From positions 223,708-287,707 of the forward strand of contig LBWX01000002.1 of NCBI GenBank assembly GCA_000995065.1: a DNA stretch of 64,000 nucleotides, written 5' to 3'. The notes below the pieces were generated by a model. That model made no database searches and was not told where the DNA came from. It saw nothing but the letters and a program-made list of their open reading frames with translations. The translations under genes and the position numbers were made by a program. This DNA is from a candidate division CPR2 bacterium GW2011_GWC2_39_35 (lineage in GTDB: Bacteria > Patescibacteriota > CPR2). Below are positions 58,314-64,000 of this stretch, one piece after another (position 1 is the first letter of the stretch; each line of letters begins with the position of its first letter).

Positions 58314-58937
58314 TTGGAAATTATTTGGTATGGACAAAGTGCCTTTAAACTGACGGGAAAAAATATAACGATTTTTATGGATCCTTATTCTGAACCAGAA
58401 AAATACAAATGGAAACCAATCAAAACCGCGGCCGATGTGGTTATTATTACTCATGATCATTGGGATCATAACAATGTAGCGGCCATATCCGGTGATCCTG
58501 TGGTTTTTGATATGCCTGGAGATTACGAAGTAAAAGGAATTACCTTTAAGGGTATAGAATCCAGACACGGCGCGGATGTTGATCTTCCAAATACTATGTT
58601 TGTGATTAAAATTGATGACATGACGGTGGCACATTTGGGTGATCTGGGCGAATCGTTATCATCTACCCAATTGGAAAAACTAAACGGAGTGGACGTATTG
58701 CTGGTGCCAGTTGGGGGAACATATACACTAGATGACGAAGAGGCAGTTGGAGTGGTGAACCAGATTGAACCCAAAATTATTATTCCAATGCATTATGGGC
58801 CGAATCATCCAGAATTGCTGCCAGTTGATAATTTTGTAAAAGAGATCGGTATGGAGCCGGAGAAAACAGCCAAGCTAAAAATCGTAAAGAAAGATTTGCC
58901 CGAAGAGCCGAAATTAGTAATCTTGGAAATACAATAG
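58314..58937 (+). CDS. MBL-fold metallo-hydrolase
   Basis: THDHWDH, HLGD, PMHY. Confidence 0.9.
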   Translation: MEIIWYGQSAFKLTGKNITIFMDPYSEPEKYKWKPIKTAADVVIITHDHWDHNNVAAISGDPVVFDMPGDYEVKGITFKGIESRHGADVDLPNTMFVIKIDDMTVAHLGDLGESLSSTQLEKLNGVDVLLVPVGGTYTLDDEEAVGVVNQIEPKIIIPMHYGPNHPELLPVDNFVKEIGMEPEKTAKLKIVKKDLPEEPKLVILEIQ

Positions 58938-59079
58938 ATAGGTTAATAGGCTAATGGGTGGATGGCTAATAGGTTTGCAAGTTACTAGGTAAAGGGCTTC
59001 ATCTTGGCGTCATCCAGGACCTCCTCATTTTAGAGTTAAGAGTCAAGAAGAAAGAGCAAAGTAAAATTAGGAGCTAAAT

Positions 59080-59658
59080 ATGAAAGTTTTAGGGATAGTC
59101 GGATCTTTTAGAAGCGGAGGTAATACCGAGATTACGGTAAGAGAAGCCTTAGAGCGTGCCAAAGAAAAGGGAGCAGAAACCGACATCATTTTGTTAAAAG
59201 ACTATCAGATAAATCCATGTCGAGGTTGCGGGGCCTGCAAAGACGGCGAATGTATTCAAAAAGATAATATGAAGAAACTTATTCCTAAAATAACGAGCGC
59301 TGACGCTATTATTATCGGGAGCCCGGTTTATTATGGCGGCATTACGGGCGGTCTTAAATGTCTCTTAGATCGTTTTCGTCCATTAAAGCTTAATGGTGAC
59401 CAATTAAAGAATAAAATTGGCGGAATTATTGTTGTTGGAAATCGCTGGGGGCATACAAACGTTATGGAAACAATCAACCATTTCTTTTGCGCTCAAGGCA
59501 TGTTATCTGTACCAATTTTTACTCATCCTGGCATGGGGGCTCAAATTATTGCTTCTCAAATTGGCGACGCTGCAAAGAACGAAGATAACCTTGTTGTATC
59601 GAGAATGGTCGGGGAGAGAGTGGTAGAAATTTTTGAGGCTATGAATAAAAATGAATGA
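59080..59658 (+). CDS. Iron-sulfur flavoprotein / flavodoxin family
   Basis: GSFRSGGNT, CRGCGAC..C, GSPVY. Confidence 0.9.
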   Translation: MKVLGIVGSFRSGGNTEITVREALERAKEKGAETDIILLKDYQINPCRGCGACKDGECIQKDNMKKLIPKITSADAIIIGSPVYYGGITGGLKCLLDRFRPLKLNGDQLKNKIGGIIVVGNRWGHTNVMETINHFFCAQGMLSVPIFTHPGMGAQIIASQIGDAAKNEDNLVVSRMVGERVVEIFEAMNKNE

Positions 59659-59884
59659 TTTAAAAAGTATTCTAACTCCTAAATAATTGGGAAAGTGATG
59701 ACATATATGATATTGCATTGCATTGGGCTGACAAATCAATCGAAAATTGTCTTGAGTCAGAAAAATTATGGAAGCTAGTTAGAAAATAGCTAAAGGACCA
59801 AGTAGAAAAATCAAGAATCTACAAAAATTAGAAATTCAAAAACCCCCTTCCGGGAGTTTTATCAAGTTTTTTTACGAATTAAGT

Positions 59885-60082
59885 TTAAGCAGCTTTTGCT
59901 GCGTTTTTTGATTGCGTTTTAATGCATTTGGCGCAGGCTTTAACTCTTAAAGTCTTGTTATCAACAACCACGGTGGTTTGCTGAATATTTGGGAGCCAAC
60001 GTCTTTTAGTTTTTCGGTGAGAGTGGCTGACGGAAAAGCCGGAAATTGCTCCTTTGCCACAGATTGTGCAAACATTTGCCAT
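59885..60082 (-). CDS. rpmB: 50S ribosomal protein L28
   Basis: CTICGK..VSHSHRKTKRRWLPNIQ..CAKC. Confidence 0.96.
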   Translation of the reverse strand: MANVCTICGKGAISGFSVSHSHRKTKRRWLPNIQQTTVVVDNKTLRVKACAKCIKTQSKNAAKAA

Positions 60083-60155
60083 TTATTTCTCCTTGAATAT
60101 AATTGTATTAATACGAGAAAAATGATATCATAATTAAGTTAAAAAGTCAATTATT

Positions 60156-60779
60156 ATGGAAACTACATTCGCATCATTTCTCTTTAAATTTCTGATAATG
60201 GCTGTTGCTTTTTTTGTGGCTATTACGATTCACGAATTTGCTCATGCCTGGACAGCAAATTATCTGGGAGATGACACAGCAAAACATCATGGTCGGATAT
60301 CTTTAAATCCCATTGTTCATTTTGATCCAATAGGCTCATCCATGATTCTTATAGGGCTTTTGCTTCAGGCGCCTTATGTTTTCGGATGGGGTAAGCCGGT
60401 TCCTGTAAATCCGAACCGTTTTAGTAACCCTAAAGTAGGATGGGCCTTGGTTTCTTTTGCCGGACCGTTAGCTAACCTTGTGTTAGTTTTATTTTTTAGC
60501 TTGGCCGCTAAAGTGTCGGGCAATTTTGCTATTGCCAGTTTGCTCGAAAACTTTATTTGGATAAACATCATCTTAGCTGTATTTAATCTAATGCCAATAC
60601 CTCCTCTCGACGGCTCTAAAATACTGTATGCGTTTTTACCTAAAAATGTTGATATTTATCAGCTTGAAGCTGCCGGGCCTTTTATTCTCTTATTTCTTCT
60701 TTTTACAGGAGCGCTTCATAGCATTATGTGGCCGGTTGTGACAATGGTGATGAGTATAGTCGGGATATATTCAATCTAG
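60156..60779 (+). CDS. Site-2 protease (M50)
   Basis: HEFAH, AGPLAN, NLMPIPPLDG. Confidence 0.94.
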   Translation: METTFASFLFKFLIMAVAFFVAITIHEFAHAWTANYLGDDTAKHHGRISLNPIVHFDPIGSSMILIGLLLQAPYVFGWGKPVPVNPNRFSNPKVGWALVSFAGPLANLVLVLFFSLAAKVSGNFAIASLLENFIWINIILAVFNLMPIPPLDGSKILYAFLPKNVDIYQLEAAGPFILLFLLFTGALHSIMWPVVTMVMSIVGIYSI

Positions 60780-60788
60780 AGGTCTTGC

Positions 60789-60870
60789 GGTAATAGTAGC
60801 ATAGTTGGCCTAATGCGCTGGACTGTGGGGGTCCAGAGATCGCCCGTACGGGGGTCCCCCGTATTAGTAA
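60789..60870 (+). pseudogene. tRNA-like sequence (His-GTG-like 5' half) lacking T-arm and CCA
   Basis: GCAT/ATGC D-arm, CTGGA-CTGTGGGGG-TCCAG anticodon arm; T-arm region replaced by palindrome TACGGGGGTCCCCCGTA. Confidence 0.55.
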
Positions 60871-60871
60871 T

Positions 60872-60947
60872 CGGAGCGTGGCGTAGTTGGTAGCGCGCTG
60901 GGCTGGGGGTCCAGAGGTCGTGGGTTCGAATCCCGCCGCTCCGACCA
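60872..60947 (+). tRNA. tRNA-Pro (GGG)
   Basis: CGGAGCG/CGCTCCG acceptor, CT GGG GG loop, TTCGAAT, ACCA. Confidence 0.94.
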
Positions 60948-61057
60948 TTTTACGCCACTGAAGCGGGAAATGGTCCAAATTAAGAATTATGTTTGGTTTA
61001 TGGCTTCAAGTGGCAGGCCGGGGACAGGAAACAGTAATCAGTTAACAGGAATTAGAA

Positions 61058-61600
61058 ATGCTTGAAAAAAAATGGCAACTTCTAAACTCGGAAAGTGTTT
61101 TAGATTGCAAATGGCTGAAAGTAGAGAAAAATAGCTACAAAACTCCTGCCGGACGTGAGATACCTGAGTATTATGTGGAGGCTGATGCTGATTCGGCGGT
61201 AATTTTTTGTATAACCGAGGATGATAAGGTCTTAATTGAAGAGCAGTATCGAGCTGGTCTGGGAAAAGTAAGCTTAGATCTGCCGGGAGGACGGATTGAT
61301 GATGGTGAAGATGCCTCAGAAGCTATTAAGCGCGAGCTTTTAGAAGAAACTGGTTACGAAGCTCAGAATGTCGAGTTTCTAGGAAAATTTTCAAAAAATC
61401 CCGCCCGATCAAGAAATTTTCACTATATTTACTTTGCCGAGAATGTCAAAAAGGTAAGCGATCCTCACACGGATGATAGAGATGATATAAAATTACTGCA
61501 GGTACCATTAGAAGAGATATTTGATTATCTAAATGATGGTAAAATCGAATGTATCGGTTGTGCAGCGGCAATTAGTCTTGTAAAAAATAGATTTAATTAA
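61058..61600 (+). CDS. NUDIX hydrolase (ADP-ribose pyrophosphatase-like)
   Basis: EQYR, PGGRIDDGED..EAIKRELLEETG. Confidence 0.9.
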   Translation: MLEKKWQLLNSESVLDCKWLKVEKNSYKTPAGREIPEYYVEADADSAVIFCITEDDKVLIEEQYRAGLGKVSLDLPGGRIDDGEDASEAIKRELLEETGYEAQNVEFLGKFSKNPARSRNFHYIYFAENVKKVSDPHTDDRDDIKLLQVPLEEIFDYLNDGKIECIGCAAAISLVKNRFN

Positions 61601-61611
61601 AAGGAAATCAT

Positions 61612-62034
61612 ATGGCAGGCATTTTAGACATTTACACTGATGGTGGAGCCAGGGGAAATCCAGGCCATTCCGGGATAGGGGTAGTTTTTAAAGTAAATGG
61701 CGAAGTGGTTGCCAATTTTAAAGAATATATTGGTATTACCACCAACAATCAGGCCGAATATCAGGCGGTTCTTTTAGCCATAAAGCATTTAAAAAATTTT
61801 CCTCATGAAGCCGTAAATTTTTATTTAGATAGCCAATTAGTAGTTTGTCAGGTGAACGGCACTTATAAGGTAAAGAACGCCGAATTAAGGCCATTGTATC
61901 AGCAAATTAAGGATATGCTATTTTTTGAAAACGTCAAGTTTGCCTATATTCCTCGTGAGAAAAATCAGGAAGCAGATAGGCTCGTAAATCAAGCCATAGA
62001 TGGGTATCTCAATAATAAAACTACTAGCCAATAA
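61612..62034 (+). CDS. rnhA: Ribonuclease HI (archaeal-like type)
   Basis: YTDGGARGNPG, TNNQAEY, DSQLV, PREKNQEAD. Confidence 0.9.
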   Translation: MAGILDIYTDGGARGNPGHSGIGVVFKVNGEVVANFKEYIGITTNNQAEYQAVLLAIKHLKNFPHEAVNFYLDSQLVVCQVNGTYKVKNAELRPLYQQIKDMLFFENVKFAYIPREKNQEADRLVNQAIDGYLNNKTTSQ

Positions 62035-62136
62035 CTCATAGACAAACAAAACACTTGTCAGATAAATAGAAAAAATGAGATTATATTTATAGGAGCGTTT
62101 TTTTAATACAATGCTACCATTGTTTATTTTTGAAAA

Positions 62137-63708
62137 ATGGAAAACAAAACAAATACAATTGAGAAAGTTGACGTTACCCTGAAAGACATCGTAAAGGAAT
62201 CTGAGGGTAAGGTAAAAAAACCGTCTAGGATAAAGCCGCATCATAAAAAAATTGCCGCTTGGATGGTTATTTTAATTGTGGTCTTTTCGCTTCTTATTAT
62301 TGTGGCCGGCGCTATTTATGCTCATCAATCAATTTATGAGAATAAGGTTTATCCGGGAGTTGTTGTTTGGGGTGAGCCGGTTGGCGGTAAAACCGTAAAT
62401 GAAGTCCAGCAGCTAATAACAGACAAGGTTAAAAATTATAAGGTTACTTTAGCTAGCCCAGATCAAACTTATGAGCCAACGGCCGACGAACTTGGACTTG
62501 TGTTTAACATCGAAACTATGGCTCTAAGCGCTTATTCTAAGGGAAGGACGGGATCGTTCACAAATAATATTGTTACCAGAACGAGGCTTTTAGGCATGAA
62601 CATCGAATGGAATCCGGCAAAAAACTTCTTTCGGGCTAAAGAACTTGAGATTTCGCCGAGCTTTACTTTTTATGAAACGAAACTGGATAATTATATTGCA
62701 AAGATTTCCGAGAACCTGACTATTAAGGAAAAAGATTCGGAAGTTAAGGTAAATGGGGGAAGCATAGAGATTGTCCCGGCCGTATACGGACGCCAGGTAG
62801 AGACAGAAGATTTGAGCAAGGATTTAAAGGGTGCTGTTAAGAGACTTCAGTCTAAAATGATCGAGATAAAAACAATATCGGTTAAACCTAAAATTGTTGA
62901 TACGGCTGCTGATAAGGTAGTAAGTGAGGCTCAGGAAATAACTAACCGCCCGGTTGCTCTTACTTATCTTGCTGAGACTTATAAGCCCGACAAAGAAACC
63001 ATTACTTCTTGGGTCGTGTTTGTAAAAGAAGAAAGCTCCGAGAACTATAAATTAGTAGTTGATCCCGCTAAGATGAAAAATTATTTCTCATTTTTGTCAT
63101 CTAAGATTTATGCGGCTCCGGTACATAAGAAAGTAAAAGTCGAAAACGGGGGTGCCCAGACTGTAACTCAGGAAGGGAAGGACGGTATCGCATTAGACGA
63201 AGGCTTGCTTGGCAGACAAATCGCTGATGCATTACCAAAAAGTGAGGCCATCAATATAGCTATTCCGACTTATGCCATAAAATATAAAACTGAATACGAA
63301 AACGTGTTGGTGGCAGATTGGGCTAAATATATTGAGATTAATATTTCTACTCAGACAATGACGGCTTATGAGCAGGGCGGCAAAATTGTCGGCCAGTGGA
63401 AAGTAACCACCGGAGCAAGCTATACCCCCACACCGGTTGGAACATGGCTCATTCATGGAAAAACGGCGGTTACAAGGATGACGGGGGGAACGCCCGGAAT
63501 TGATTATTATGACCTACCGAATGTTCATTGGGTGAGTTGGTTTAAGGGCGGCGGGTACTCTATCCACGAAGCCTATTGGCGAACCAGTTTTGGCGGCATG
63601 GATTATACCTGGAATGGGTCTCACGGGTGCGTTAATTCGCCAATTGATGTGGCCAAATTTATTTACGACTGGGCGCCGGTTGGAACTCCGGTGGTAGTAC
63701 ACTATTAA
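62137..63708 (+). CDS. L,D-transpeptidase (YkuD) with N-terminal TM and PG-binding (VanW-associated) region
   Basis: TPVG, SIHEA..GSHGCVN catalytic motif. Confidence 0.92.
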   Translation: MENKTNTIEKVDVTLKDIVKESEGKVKKPSRIKPHHKKIAAWMVILIVVFSLLIIVAGAIYAHQSIYENKVYPGVVVWGEPVGGKTVNEVQQLITDKVKNYKVTLASPDQTYEPTADELGLVFNIETMALSAYSKGRTGSFTNNIVTRTRLLGMNIEWNPAKNFFRAKELEISPSFTFYETKLDNYIAKISENLTIKEKDSEVKVNGGSIEIVPAVYGRQVETEDLSKDLKGAVKRLQSKMIEIKTISVKPKIVDTAADKVVSEAQEITNRPVALTYLAETYKPDKETITSWVVFVKEESSENYKLVVDPAKMKNYFSFLSSKIYAAPVHKKVKVENGGAQTVTQEGKDGIALDEGLLGRQIADALPKSEAINIAIPTYAIKYKTEYENVLVADWAKYIEINISTQTMTAYEQGGKIVGQWKVTTGASYTPTPVGTWLIHGKTAVTRMTGGTPGIDYYDLPNVHWVSWFKGGGYSIHEAYWRTSFGGMDYTWNGSHGCVNSPIDVAKFIYDWAPVGTPVVVHY

Positions 63709-63804
63709 ATAGGAAATAGGAAATAGGAAATAGGAAATAGGAAATAGGAAATAGGAAATAGGAAATAGGAAATAGGAAATAGGAAATAGGAAATAGGAAA
63801 TAGG
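63707..63804 (+). repeat. Perfect heptamer tandem repeat (AAATAGG)14
   Basis: 14 exact copies counted, starting in the stop codon of the transpeptidase gene. Confidence 0.97.
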
Positions 63805-64000
63805 AATCTCATTCCTAATTATCCTTAAAGCCCTGATCTTTGAAACAAAAAAAGACCTTTTGGTCTGTCATTTATATTCTTAAAATGAATGACAAGAGAG
63901 AAAGAATTTTTTGCGACCTCGCCGGGCAAGGGTAGCAGCAGAGCAAATGGATTTTCGATACATGATCGTTTTTCTCATTTGAATAACTGCTATCCTTTAT

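Noticed and set aside
63707-63804. Possible CRISPR array
   Set aside because: Pure 7-bp tandem repeat with no spacers; no cas genes or repeat-spacer structure seen in the window.

Overview
A 64 kb AT-rich chromosomal segment using genetic code 11. Gene content points to a Patescibacteria (CPR)-like bacterium (inference). Core content: a two-component pair fused to a group 3b-type [NiFe]-hydrogenase operon plus hypC, ftsH, murJ, lepA, uppP, two dedA, ndk, a PrsA-like foldase, a U32 protein, recQ, rplY, rpmB, RNase HI, an L,D-transpeptidase, eight intact tRNAs (including a rare tRNA-Ile with UAU anticodon) and two decayed tRNA-like sequences. The best candidate for a new system is at 31.6-36.1 kb. 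It comprises an OmpR-type regulator, an unannotated 39-aa peptide with a strong RBS and a Trp near its C-terminus, a membrane histidine kinase, and a fused class II terpene-cyclase / class I prenyltransferase-fold enzyme. Matching 11-bp-periodic TTAA boxes lie upstream of the regulator and the peptide, giving a ComQXPA-like prenylated-peptide signalling layout. Other notable items: a giant FliA/sigma28-like protein with tandem novel repeats; an array of accessory/defence genes (including ApeA-like HEPN) delimited by degenerate copies of the tRNA-Asp 3' end; pervasive 7-bp-periodic inverted intergenic repeats; and widespread leaderless gene starts. All calls come from reading the sequence by eye; no database searches were run.
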